Origin: Eukaryota sp. GEM-RC1
Taxonomy: Eukaryota
Assembly: GCA_040285855.1 (NCBI GenBank)
Contig: JAUFOQ010000003.1
Location: forward strand, 682,001 to 746,000
Direction: 5' to 3'
DNA length: 64,000 nucleotides
The notes under the pieces were generated by a model. The model was not told where the DNA came from, ran no database searches, and saw only the letters and a list, made by a program, of their open reading frames with translations. The position numbers were made by a program, and so were the translations under genes. Shown here piece after piece: positions 47,801 through 59,601 of this stretch (within the stretch, counting starts at the first letter, position 1; the number at the start of each line of letters is the position of its first letter).

Positions 47801-48684
47801 AAGAACTATGGTGCTTGATGAATACTTCCTAATTTGTATTGAACACGTAAAGGAATTTCTAAATGCACCATGGCAGAAATTTGACTGCTGACATTTGAAA
47901 CATAAACGCTTTGACAAAGCTTCGGACCGTCGACTAGAACGGAAAGGCAAATCTTGAGATGAGGTGGATACAGGTTCAATTACCAGAACCGATTTGGAAA
48001 ACAGAAAAACCACTCTCATGAAAATTTCTGTTAGAAATTGAAAACTCTCACATTAAGGTTAATGACTCAAACAAAGGTTGACTGTAAAGGAAAACCACAA
48101 TCCTTGTACAACCAATATTTGCTTCATTGAATGGGGTTACATTTTTTCACTGAATAAAGCTGAAATCGATCTTAATAACCTTCTTATCATGCTACTATAG
48201 TGTTGCACCAGTTTCTACCCTAACCCACAGCTCAGCCTGGCTGGGCTTGACAATTCACTGGGCTCAGCCCTTCAGCCCATATACAACTCTATATTTTTAT
48301 TGCAACATTTATCAACAGTAGATATATGTATCAATTTCGTAGGTATCGTAATGCCCTTGACCAACAGTCATTACAATAGTTAAAAGATACGATTGTGTGT
48401 AAACTACTAATTATATGAATCAATTTGTTTGTTGTGATGTACCTTAGTGTAGATTGCATGAACTCTAATTCATCTTCTTTCAGTAAAATTCCAATCTGGC
48501 TTTCTTTGTAGCGCCATCTCACCAAGATACACCGTAACAATAATAGATGACACACCACCTCCTGCTTTTGCTACTTCGTCAAAGTCGAAATAAACTCTCC
48601 ACTGAGTCTTTGAGAGCTTTATTGAGCTTGAGATCCTGGATGAAAGGGGAGATTGTACAAGTGTTACAAGAAATGAAGTCTTTA

Positions 48685-48870
48685 AAATAATTGCTTTTTC
48701 GATTTTTAGGTCAATGTATAGATATGTTTTTTAGATCCATTTTGTTTAAGTTGTTTGGAGGCAACTACTTTTCGGAATGAGGTAGTTCTCCTGATAATTT
48801 GTTTTAATAGTGTTTATTTAAATGTTGTTTTCTTGTTATGTGTTTTTTCCTGTACACAAATCCGATATAT
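48685..48870 (+). mobile_element. 3' tail of RLE non-LTR family
   Basis: Reverse-complement homolog of 14960-15150 (FSIFRSMYRY...LFGGNYFSE*). Confidence 0.55.
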
Positions 48871-49151
48871 TTGATTGTTCGCATAGAAACTGTGTTTTTG
48901 GTACATTATAACTTACTAATTAGTCTAATGCTGCAAGAGTCTCCCCAATGGGCTGCCCTAATGGTTACAGGCCCTCAGTGACCCATTGTGCTAACTCTGT
49001 TTCATTCCGACTTAGTCTTTCTCATCTCTCTCCATTTTGGTGATGTACACAAGTGATGAACCTTCCAACTCTGTTTTTGAGGGAATGGTTGGATACAAGA
49101 ACTAGGACTTATCCTAACATTCCGGTGAACGTTCATATTAAAGTTAATCAG

Positions 49152-49475
49152 TAGGGTTGTTAAAGGTCACAGGTCACAGGTCAGGTCAATTCATTTGAAG
49201 ACCTTGACCTGACCTTTGACCTGAATCAGTTGACCCTGAACTGACCTTTGACCCGAAATCTACATTTTACTTTACTCTTTAACTATCGAAAATCCGTATA
49301 AACACAGTCAAATCTAATAATTTCTTGAATATTAGTGTAAACTAAGAGTAAATTGCGTATGATGATCTAATTTTGATCCTTTAAAACAAGAAACTCACAC
49401 ATAAACTGCCAAATGTTTGACCGTGACCTGACCTTTGACCTGATGTTCGTTAGCTGGACCTGACCTTTGACCTGA
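49152..49475. repeat. Cluster of TGACC(T) motifs, probable transposon subterminal repeats
   Basis: Starts TAGGGTTGTTAAAGGTCACAGGTCACAGGTCAGGTCAA; many GACCTGACCTTTGACC units in two blocks. Confidence 0.7.
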
Positions 49476-49749
49476 ACATATACAGTTTCTATAACGAAGT
49501 AATCAGAGTCAGGGTCCCTGACTCAGGAAAGGAATCAATTACGTGACATCGATGGCGGAAATTTACTGAAGGTAAAGACGACTCCACACGAGATACGTTG
49601 AGGTGAAAAGAGATTTGTAGAGATGAAGGCATATACGTCTATATGTGAAGACTCTAAACATGTATTTTATTGATGTTGAACGTTTACAAGTGACACAGTG
49701 ACAACAGAGTGTACACTTGAAGGACTTGTCTATGAAGATGTCTATGTCT

Positions 49750-50866
49750 ATGTCAGACCTTCATTTTCCATGTGTTAATGTTAATCTGTCGAACCTTCGT
49801 TACAATTTCGCATATCTTCAGCGCCTCAACAAACGTCTTGGCATCGACATTGATATAGTCGTCAAGGGAGTTTGTGCCGATCTACGTATTTGTCAAGAAT
49901 TGCTTTCTGCTGGCGCGTCTTCCTTTGCAGACAGCAGAATTGCGAGTCTCAAAAAACTTCGATCCGTATTTCAACAACAGTGCAAGCTAACTCTTCTAAG
50001 AATCCCTATGCTCTCCGAATTGCCCGAAGCGGTAAAAGTCGTTGATACTGTGCTAATTTCTGAACTTCGTAGCATTGAAGTCCTCAACGCTGAATGTGTC
50101 CGCCAACAAAAAAATGTCAACATCGTGTTGATGACGGAGCTTGGGGATCTTCGTGAAGGAATATTACAGGAAGATCTTCTTGATTTTACAAAGAAAGCTG
50201 TCGAATTCTCTAATGTTCGAATAACTGGACTAGGTGTTAACTTGACGTGTTTCGGTGGTGTAATGCCAACAACTGAGAATGTAGGCAGGCTCGCAACACT
50301 GGCTAAAGACGTCGAAAATGCGATCGGAAAATCACTGCCCATTGTGTCTGGTGGAGCTTCATCGAGCTTACATCTTGTTTTCAATGAGACCATGCCACCT
50401 GGAATAAGCCATTTGCGTGTAGGAGAAGCTGTGTTTCTTGGAAGAGAGTGTCGTTTTGATAATGACCTCCCTGACTTAAAGAAAGGAGCTTTTACCCTCT
50501 CAGCTGAGATAATAGTATGTCAAAATGTAGATATGCCATTGCTAACCACAGGAACTAAAGGACAAGCCCTCAATTCCATTTGGAGAAATAGGTAAGCGTG
50601 CAGTTGGCAAAACTCCTGTATTGGAAGACAGAGGTATAAGAACAAAGGCTGTTTTAGCTGTTGGAGAACAGGATGTCTCAGTGTCTGGGCTTAAACCACT
50701 GAACAATGGAGTAATCGTGTTAGGCGGAAGTTCAGATCATACAATAGTTGACGTGACGGATTGTGATGAAGATCTTGATGTTGGATCAATTCTCAACTTT
50801 GAGATGGATTACGCTTCAATGTTAAAGGCATTCACATCTTCCTTTGTACATAAGCACTATTTCTAG
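49750..50866 (+). CDS. PLP-dependent alanine/ornithine racemase family protein (clostridial Orr-like) with one intron
   Basis: VVKG (PLP Lys), ADSRI, LLRIPMLSE, ELGDLREG, NLTCFGGVMPT, SGGASS, HLRVGEA, GGSSDH; 37-nt intron 50515-50551 restores AEII|ELKDKPSIPFGEIG. Confidence 0.9.
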
Positions 50867-50954
50867 GCCTTTAAAGGAACGTGTATGTGTATGTCCCTTT
50901 GAGAATTATTTCCTAAATGTAAATTTCCCTTTCTTGTATCTGATAAACTCATCG

Positions 50955-51257
50955 TTAAACTAATGAATTAATATTACTTTCTGAAGTTCGTGCGGTAGGG
51001 GATAAATTAGCTGAAAAGAAGAGGAACAACAAGCACGCCCCGGTTAGGTATATCAAAATTAACGATGAAGTTTCCACATTGGTGCTATTATACATTGATG
51101 GAATGATCAAATATATACCAATCACCAGAAGGATATGTTGAATGAAGAGCAAATTCTTTAAATTAGGACGTATGTAGTCTCCAATTTCGAGAATATGCTC
51201 GCGTTCAAAACCAACGACAAACTTAACGGTAAACGAAACCTCACCTTTAACTCTCAT
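50955..51257 (-). CDS. Small hypothetical membrane protein
   Basis: 100-aa ORF with two hydrophobic segments. Confidence 0.35.
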   Translation of the reverse strand: MRVKGEVSFTVKFVVGFEREHILEIGDYIRPNLKNLLFIQHILLVIGIYLIIPSMYNSTNVETSSLILIYLTGACLLFLFFSANLSPTARTSESNINSLV

Positions 51258-51439
51258 ATTTGCAGAGTTGATTTGGACTAACTTTTGGATTTGTTTGTTT
51301 TGGCAAGACGAACTTTTACAAATTTAGATAAATTGACGTGTCGAAAAGTTTCCCAACCTAAAGTATTTGAAATCAGAAAAATTAACACGTTATACCAGTA
51401 AAGAAATAGACAATATTTATACATCAAATACAATAAAAC

Positions 51440-53312
51440 TTACTCCTTTTCCTTCTCATTAGCCATGTGTTGACCAATTACAGCAATCAAAATGGAATTA
51501 ATGAACTTACCATTAAGATCAACTATATGTTCATCGGAAGCAAAGATAACGCTACTACAAAGCTTCCTCATCATTGTTAAAACATAACGAGCATTCATAA
51601 TCTTATCTTCTCTCTCCTCACTTTCTTTCATTACTTGTCTACTCATTTTACCTGGGAAAGCAGCGTCAAGTAAGTGAAAAAGAACATTCCATTAGATAGA
51701 GTTCGATCTCTAATTGAAGCAATTGGAGTTCCACCAACAGATTGGACAAGGTTGTTAGCTAATTCTAGAATCATTTTGTCAGAAACATTGTTGCCAAGAA
51801 CAGATGCGTGAGTTTTAATCATATGAGCACGCTGAACTTGGAATAATAAACTTGGAAGCATTTTACGATCACCTTCAGCAATCACTCGAGCATCAATATT
51901 GACCAATCTAATCCCAATGTGAGCTAATCGATCCAAGACATAGTTGCAGTTTCCTAAAATAGCAAATTTGTTCAGTTTTCTAGTACCTCGTTGTTGTTCA
52001 ACTTTTTGAAATCAACAGCACCGGGAACGATTTGATCAATCACTTTTGATAGGATAATTCCGTCTTTAAGATCATTATACATATCATCAATGTGAATTGA
52101 TTCGTCGAGATTGTTGATCCAGTTAACAAACTGTCGTTCTTCAGCAGTAAGAGCAGTAGAAGAAGAATATTCCTCAATTTGAGCTAAAATACTAGACAAA
52201 TCTTCCTCTTCTTCATCAGTATAAAGTCCAGGTGATGCCTCAAAGAGTTCTGCTAAAAGAACAAGATTCATCTTTTCATCAGCAGATAGAATTGACCTTA
52301 GAGTGGCAACAGGTTTAGCTTTGAGAGTGTTTTGGATTAAATCTAGAATTTTGTTTAATCTGGGTGCTCCGGGATTAAGAGATAAAATATCTTCTGCTTC
52401 AATCTTGTGAGTTCTTCTAGTAGTTTGAGCTAACAAATGAGCCAAAACTCGTCCATCGACCAAATCTGATCCAAAATTTGAAATAACATGTTCTCCAGCA
52501 TTTTTTAAATGGAAGTTCACCCATCTCATAAGAATTTGTTCACATGGCAACTTCATAAAGAGTTCAAGATCCTCACCCTTTTCTAATAACACTGCTAGCT
52601 CAGGATGACGACTAATAGAGATGTTCTGGCCTAATAAAGCTCTAACAGCTTGCCAAAGCAGACCTAGACATAGATGTGGGGTTCCTGCAAGGATATCCTC
52701 TGGTCCCATAGAGACGACGGTGAAGCCAATAGACTTACATGAGCTCAAGGCAAGTTGGAGGTTCTCTAAGCAATGGAATTTCATGAGTTCCTTTCCAGCT
52801 TTGGGTTTGTTAAGAGCATCCATGTGAATGGTTCCTGGAACGACTTTGTTAACAAGAGAGGAGAGCAAGAGACCATCTTTTAAGCAACCAAAGAGAACGT
52901 CAGGGTCGTCCTGTAGAGGGAGAATGTGAGCAAGGCTGGGGTCGTCGGCAAATAAAGAGTTGATGAAACAGACTGTACCAGAGACTTCACCAAGGGAGTA
53001 TGTGTGGTAGGAGTTACCGGCTTCTATCTTACAGATACGGAGGAACTGCTTTAGGTATTTACCAATGCCGTATGTGTCTTGACCTTGTCGAACACTGGTG
53101 ACAATGTTGATGAACTGTTCAAGAGTAATGACGTCTGAGTTGGAGATTTCGGCAATCATGGAGTCAATATCCTCAAGAGGAACTTTCTGGTTGAACTTGT
53201 CGAAAAAAGCATGGAGTTCGGTGCGGTCAAGACTCGAGGAACCGTCTTGATCAATGAGCTGAAACTCAATCTTAATATCTTTGAGTTCGGATGGTGAAAT
53301 TGAAGAAGACAT
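51440..53312 (-). CDS. Fimbrin/plastin (EF-hands + tandem CH domains), copy A
   Basis: DQDGSSSLDRTEL EF-hand; DGLLLSSLVNKVVPGTI, LGLLWQ, EQILMRWVNFHL, EERQFVNWIN, DLKDGIIL, NARYVLTMMRKL; two frameshifts. Confidence 0.9.
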
Positions 53313-53443
53313 GTAGGGAAGGAAATGACGGTCAGTTTTCGACAAATTTTTGAGAATTGGCATGAGCAATGCTTTTACTATTACAAGTTTACAACACACA
53401 GTTGTTGGATTTCTTCAATTTATTAACAGTGTTGCGCCATAAC

Positions 53444-54115
53444 CAGGGAGGACTAATTAATAAATATTGCAAAAAATATTTAGATTCGTCTGCTTAGGAA
53501 GTGCAATAGTTACTGCCTGATATTGCGATATTTAAATAAATATGATTGAAGTCAAACACTTTGAGGTGACCACAATACACACACATTTGAACCGAAATGC
53601 TGTTGTATAGCGACGTTAGGCTGTTCCTTATTTATCAATTGTTTCAATATCACATTGCTGTCAGCCAAAAACAACAAGAAGTCAGGTAAAGTAAAAAGTA
53701 TCTGGACTTAATCTTCATACATCTTCCCATGAAACTGTGACAGCCTCATGACTGTTTACTAAAGCTGAACTAAAGCTAGAAATCCATCGTCATCCTTCTG
53801 TTAAGCCAAACAGTCTTGATAAACACTCGATTCTACACGAAAATCGTGGGTAATGGGGCTTTACATTTAGTTAAATACATTGTTAACACAAGAAGAGCTA
53901 AAGGCGACGATGGTGAAGTAGTAGACATTGGTTAATGATGAGTAGGTTTGTGTCAATTAGTATTTTTGTCCTACTAAATGACATCACAACTAAGATCCCT
54001 ATTTATTAAATATTGCAATATTTATTGCAAGACAACAGAAGGAGTCACAATATTTATTTTCATCGAATCACAATACATGTAACATATTTATTTACATATC
54101 TATTAGTTCTCCCTG
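53444..54115. mobile_element. hAT-type MITE between the inverted fimbrin copies
   Basis: TIR CAGGGAGGACTAAT / ATTAGTTCTCCCTG; 8-bp TSD GCCATAAC (53436-53443) / ACCATAAC (54116-54123). Confidence 0.85.
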
Positions 54116-54218
54116 ACCATAACCAAAAATAAATTTGCCGTACACGTTTGGGTGTATGGACGTATGGCAGTCCATACTCAAAAATTTGTCGAAAACTGAC
54201 CGTCATTTCCTTCCCTAC

Positions 54219-56106
54219 ATGTCTTCTTCAATTTCACCATCCGAACTCAAAGATATTAAGATTGAGTTTCAGCTCATTGATCAAGACGGTTCCTCGAGTC
54301 TTGACCGCACCGAACTCCATGCTTTTTTCGACAAGTTCAACCAGAAAGTTCCTCTTGAGGATATTGACTCCATGATTGCCGAAATCTCCAACTCAGACGT
54401 CATTACTCTTGAACAGTTCATCAACATTGTCACCAGTGTTCGACAAGGTCAAGACACCTACGGCATTGGTAAATACCTAAAGCAGTTCCTCCGTATCTGT
54501 AAGATAGAAGCCGGTAACTCCTACCACACATACTCCCTTGGTGAAGTCTCTGGTACAGTCTGTTTCATCAACTCTTTATTTGCCGACGACCCCAGCCTTG
54601 CTCACATTCTCCCTCTACAGGACGACCCTGACGTTCTCTTTGGTTGCTTAAAAGATGGTCTCTTGCTCTCCTCTCTTGTTAACAAAGTCGTTCCAGGAAC
54701 CATTCACATGGATGCTCTTAACAAACCCAAAGCTGGAAAGGAACTCATGAAATTCCATTGCTTAGAGAATCTCCAACTTGCCTTGAGCTCATGCAAGTCT
54801 ATTGGCTTCACCGTCGTCTCTATGGGACCAGAGGACATCCTTGCAGGAACCCCACATCTATGTCTAGGTCTGCTTTGGCAAGCTGTTAGAGCTCTATTAG
54901 GCCAGAACATCTCTATTAGCCGCCATCCTGAGCTAGCAGTTTTATTAGAAAAGGGTGAAGATCTTGAACTCTTTATGAAGTTGCCATGTGAACAAATTCT
55001 TATGAGATGGGTGAACTTCCATTTAAAAAATGCTGGAGAACATGTTATTTCAAATTTTGGATCAGATTTGGTCGATGGACGAGTTTTGGCCCATTTGTTA
55101 GATCAAACTACTAGAAGAACTCACAAGATTGAAGCAGAAGATATTTTATCTCTTAATCCCGGAGCACCCAGATTAAACAAAATTCTAGATTTAATCCAAA
55201 ACACTCTCAAAGCTAAACCGGTTGCCACTCTAAGGTCAATTCTATCTGCAGATGAAAAGATGAATCTTGTTCTTTTAGCAGAACTCTTTGAGGCATCACC
55301 TGGACTTTATACTGATGAAGAAGAGGAAGATTTGTCCAGTATTTTGGCTCAAATTGAGGAATATTCTTCTTCTACTGCTCTTACAGCTGAGGAACGACAG
55401 TTTGTTAACTGGATCAACAATCTCGACGAATCAATTCACATTGATGATATGTATAATGATCTTAAAGACGGAATTATCCTATCAAAAGTGATTGATCAAA
55501 TCGTTCCTGGTGCTGTTGATTTCAAAAAGTTGAACAACAACGAGGTACTAGAAAATTGAACAAATTTGCTATTTTAGGAAACTGCAACTATGTCTTGGAT
55601 CGATTAGCTCACATTGGGATTAGATTGGTCAATATTGATGCTCGAGTGATTGCTGAAGGTGATCGTAAAATGCTTCCCAGTTTATTATTCCAAGTTCAAC
55701 GTGCTCATATGATTAAAGCTCACGCATCTGTTCTTGGCAACAATGTTTCTGACAAAATGATTCTAGAATTAGCTAACAACCTTGTCCAATCTGTTGGTGG
55801 AACTCCAATTGCTTCAATTAGAGATCGAACTCTATCTAATGGTATGTTCTTTTTCACTTACTTGACGCTGCTTTCCCAGGTAAAATGAGTAGACAAGTAA
55901 TGAAAGAAAGTGAGGAGAGCGAAGATAAGATTATGAATGCTCGTTATGTTTTAACAATGATGAGAAAGCTTTGTAGTAGCGTTATCTTTGCTTCCGATGA
56001 ACATATAGTTGATCTTAATGGTAAGTTCATTAATTCCATTTTGATTGCTGTAATTGGTCAACACATGGCTAATGAAAAGAAAAGGAGTAAGTTGTATTGT
56101 ATTTGA
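54219..56106 (+). CDS. Fimbrin/plastin, copy B (inverted duplicate)
   Basis: Near-identical reverse complement of copy A, with the same two frameshifts. Confidence 0.9.
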
Positions 56107-56439
56107 TGTATAAATATTGTCTATTTCCTTATGATTTCACATATTTATTTCCGTTCTGCAAACTCTTGGTTAACACCACACCGCTGACCTTGATTAATAT
56201 CATTTCTTTAAAGAAGTATCTTTTAGTTTCAGTGTTATTAAATTGGTTTTCTTCAACGCATAGTTTTGAGGATTTACCCCTAATGACTAAAGTCTCCAAA
56301 ACGTATAGTAGTACTACATGTAGTAAGCCATAGACATTAATTTAGGTTTGAGCAATTCTGGAATATCATCAAATTTATTCGGCACCCAATAAGGTAACCT
56401 TTGTACAAACTATGAAATTGTAAAAACAAACAAATAATA

Positions 56440-57140
56440 CTAAGATTAAATCCAAACGACTTCATCACCACCCGGTAAAAGATTACGTTTATCAACATTA
56501 ACCTTCACACCAAACTTGTACAATTTCTCAATTAATCTAGAGAAATAGAAAGGCATATTCCGATATATGGAAAACACTATACGGTTTTTGCATTCAGCCA
56601 AAAAAATGGAATATTGGTAACACTAATTTGAAACCTTTTCAGTACATGATTTACTCAACTCTAAGTTAAAAAACACTTTATGGAACAAAAACAGCAAGAT
56701 AAAAAAACTGGAACTCAATATGTATCATTAAAGCAACATTCATTGCTATTAAAACTCACACTTCATATTTAGCATCCTTAAATGCACTTTTTGCAGACAT
56801 CCACAGTGATCACATCAACAACCGTCAGTTCATCATTGACTGATGGAACGATGACATCAGCTCTTCTTTTACCAAAAGTCTTATCAGAGTCACTATTGTC
56901 TAAATTGTTGAATTTAGGTGATCTCAACAGTGGCTCAACGAAAGATTCGATTTTGGAGGACTTACACATTGCATGAATTTGATCTCTGACAGCATTATGA
57001 ATACAACTTCTACGTAGTGAAACGATTGCAACTCAAAAGGTGAGAAAAAGTAACTACAATGTAATTTGCCATATCTACATTCAAGACCATTAGGTGAATT
57101 AGAGGGCCACAAGAAACATCCAAGTTTAAATGTTGTAGCC
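56440..57140 (-). mobile_element. Fragments of RLE non-LTR retrotransposons (CCHC knuckle + RLE)
   Basis: LEC...HLLNC...IHNAVRDQIHAMCK...VEPLL...FGKRRADVIVP...VVDVITVDVC; 56440-56600 matches 8300-8460. Confidence 0.65.
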
Positions 57141-57996
57141 CATTGATGATCATTCAACAACAATCCATATCCCTGTGAAATTTGGTTGATTAAAGCTACC
57201 AAATTCCGAAAAGTAGTCTCTAAGTCGCTTGTCTTGTTGTTATTAAAATGCGGTATATGCACAAATACATACTTTTATGGCAAAATTTATAGATTAAAAA
57301 CACACAACGTTGATATTGAGCATTGATTTCCCTAGCAAGACGCCAATGTGAAAGAAAGAGTCACATGGAGAGATTCACTCAGAGTTATTCTCTATTTGAA
57401 AAACGGCTTTTCTTTACTCGTACAAATCAAGATTATCATCAATATTAACAAAGGAAATACAAACACTTCTACAATGTAAATCATCTCAAGTTCATATCTC
57501 AATACAAAAAGACGGTTCAAAATCGAATCAAAATACCTAACAAAAAAATGGAAAATGACAACCTTCAGCTCTCAGAACTGTTATATATAGTAAGTGTCCA
57601 CATACAAGCAAGGTCCCAATCCAGGCAAGAAAATGTGTTTGCTTGTATCAAATATATAGTTGCTTCTATTGGGACACCTACGATATGTATTTCGGTATCC
57701 AAATGGTTTTCGGTTCAAATATGATATGTAAAATGTCGTCTCACAATAGCACTTTTCAAAAAGAGGAAGACAAAAATAGTCTCAGTAAGACTAAATGTTT
57801 CAGAAGATGTAGCAAATTTGACTATTTAAATACTGTATTTATTCAGTCTAACAAAATATAAAATGCAGTACATGTATCCTACAAGTGTTTGGAGTGGTCT
57901 TCCCCTTATCTGCAATTGAGGAACATGATGATGTTTTGGAGTGAATCAACTGGACATTCTGACATTTTCCTCTCACCCAAACATCATCACGTAACA

Positions 57997-58992
57997 ATGC
58001 GATTACTCATTTTGTGTGCTGTCGTCCTCATTGCTGTCAATGCAGCCCAGTATCCTGAATACAAGGGCAAATCAGTTCTCGTAACTGGTGGATGTCAAGG
58101 AATTGGGTTTGTTTTGCTCTTTAATCCTCTCACTTCAGATATGCCACTGCTTTGAAGTTTGCTGAGCAAGGAGCTCTTGTTACAATTGTGTGCAGAAACG
58201 AAACTAAGGGAAAGCGTGCTGAAAGTATGTATTTACTTCGTTTAACTAATCCCATGTTTGATCAACAGCAATCCCCAAGTTCGACAACAGAAGGGTCAAG
58301 CTTACTATGTTGCTGGAGACCTCACCAAAGCTGATGTAGCTGAAAGAGTGGTAGCTATGGCTGTTCAACGATTCAAGTCCCTCGATATTGCTGTCAATGG
58401 TGCTGGAATTTCTGGTTATATGGGATACATGGGCACATTTCCTGCCGAGATCATGGAATCTATTCATGACACTATGCACAATAACTGGTATGCAACCTTC
58501 AATGCATTAAATGCTGAAGTTCGTCACTTCAGAAAGCAAATGCACGATGCTTGTGTTGTGAACATCGCTTCAGCTAATGGAAGGTCCGGAACTCCCATTG
58601 GTAGTCTTTATGGAAGCTCTAAGTGGGCAATCATTGGATTAACCAAATCTGTTGCTTTAGAGTACATTGTTCGAAAGGAAGACGATGGAATCCCGTTCAT
58701 TCGTGTCAATGCTTTGGCCCCGGGCCTTGTCAATACCCCTTTTACTTGGAATCAAGCTTGGTACATGTTGAAAGGAGTTCAACCATATGAGGGTGATTAT
58801 GATATTATGGACGATCAGGATCCTAACTGGCTCCAGATTAAAGATGCTTGGATAAGCCAATTACCTGGACAAAGAATCAGTGCTCCTGAAGAACAAGCTG
58901 ATGCTATTTTGAACCTTTGTTCGGATCGAGCTTCCTATGTATCTGGAAGTGTTTATGATGCTGATCTTGGTGGTGCAGCACATCATGGATAA
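57997..58992 (+). CDS. Short-chain dehydrogenase/reductase with signal peptide
   Basis: MRLLILCAVVLIAVNA; VLVTGGCQGIG|YA via 32-nt intron 58107-58138; VNGAG, NIAS, YGSSK, IRVNALAPG; second intron from about 58225 has an unresolved acceptor. Confidence 0.9.
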
Positions 58993-59148
58993 GCAGCAAA
59001 TTTATTTGAAATAAAAAGTGTAGATATCGATATTGTACACGCATTATATCAGATGTATGTAAACTACAGCAAATGTGTATGAGATCAACTTAATAGTAAA
59101 TAGTGTCATAGCACATCAATGAAGATGATGTGATATAATCCTACTTCA

Positions 59149-59601
59149 ATGAATCACCTTGTATTTATCGCAGCTCTCTTTTGTTTCTTAACCGTGGCCC
59201 AATGCAGCAAGGAACAGATCGAGAATGTCGTGACGATGTTCTTTAACACAACCAATACTCATGATTGCAAGCGTTTCTCTCTTTTGTTCGAAGAAAATGT
59301 CTGGATTGAAGATCCCAAAGGTGCCGAACCGGTGAAGACTCGCAAGCAGCTATATGATCTCTGTATGCAAGACACGCCTTTTGTTGCGAAAAAGCTTTCA
59401 CCTGCTCTCCATCAGTTACACGTCTCAAGTAACGGAGCTGCTTGCCCATGGACATTTTACGCTGCGTTTGCTAACGGCTGTGTTGTTGAGTTTTCTGGCA
59501 TTGATGTCTTTGAGTTCTCCAATCGAATTCTCATCTCCAAGATGATTGGATACTTTGACAAGCAGGACGTAGCTGATCAATTTGCTATTTGCATGAAATA
59601 A
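59149..59601 (+). CDS. Secreted NTF2/SnoaL (ketosteroid isomerase-like) protein
   Basis: Signal peptide; LFEENVWIEDPKG, FSGIDVFEF...ISKMIGYFD. Confidence 0.8.
   Translation: MNHLVFIAALFCFLTVAQCSKEQIENVVTMFFNTTNTHDCKRFSLLFEENVWIEDPKGAEPVKTRKQLYDLCMQDTPFVAKKLSPALHQLHVSSNGAACPWTFYAAFANGCVVEFSGIDVFEFSNRILISKMIGYFDKQDVADQFAICMK

Noticed and set aside
48218..48280. Telomere-like CCCTAACCC and a GC-rich CAGCCC/GGGCT patch
   Set aside because: Single unit only; too short to support a telomere or RNA gene call
49717..50866. Bacterial contamination for the racemase
   Set aside because: Contains a canonical spliceosomal intron and is embedded among eukaryotic genes of similar composition
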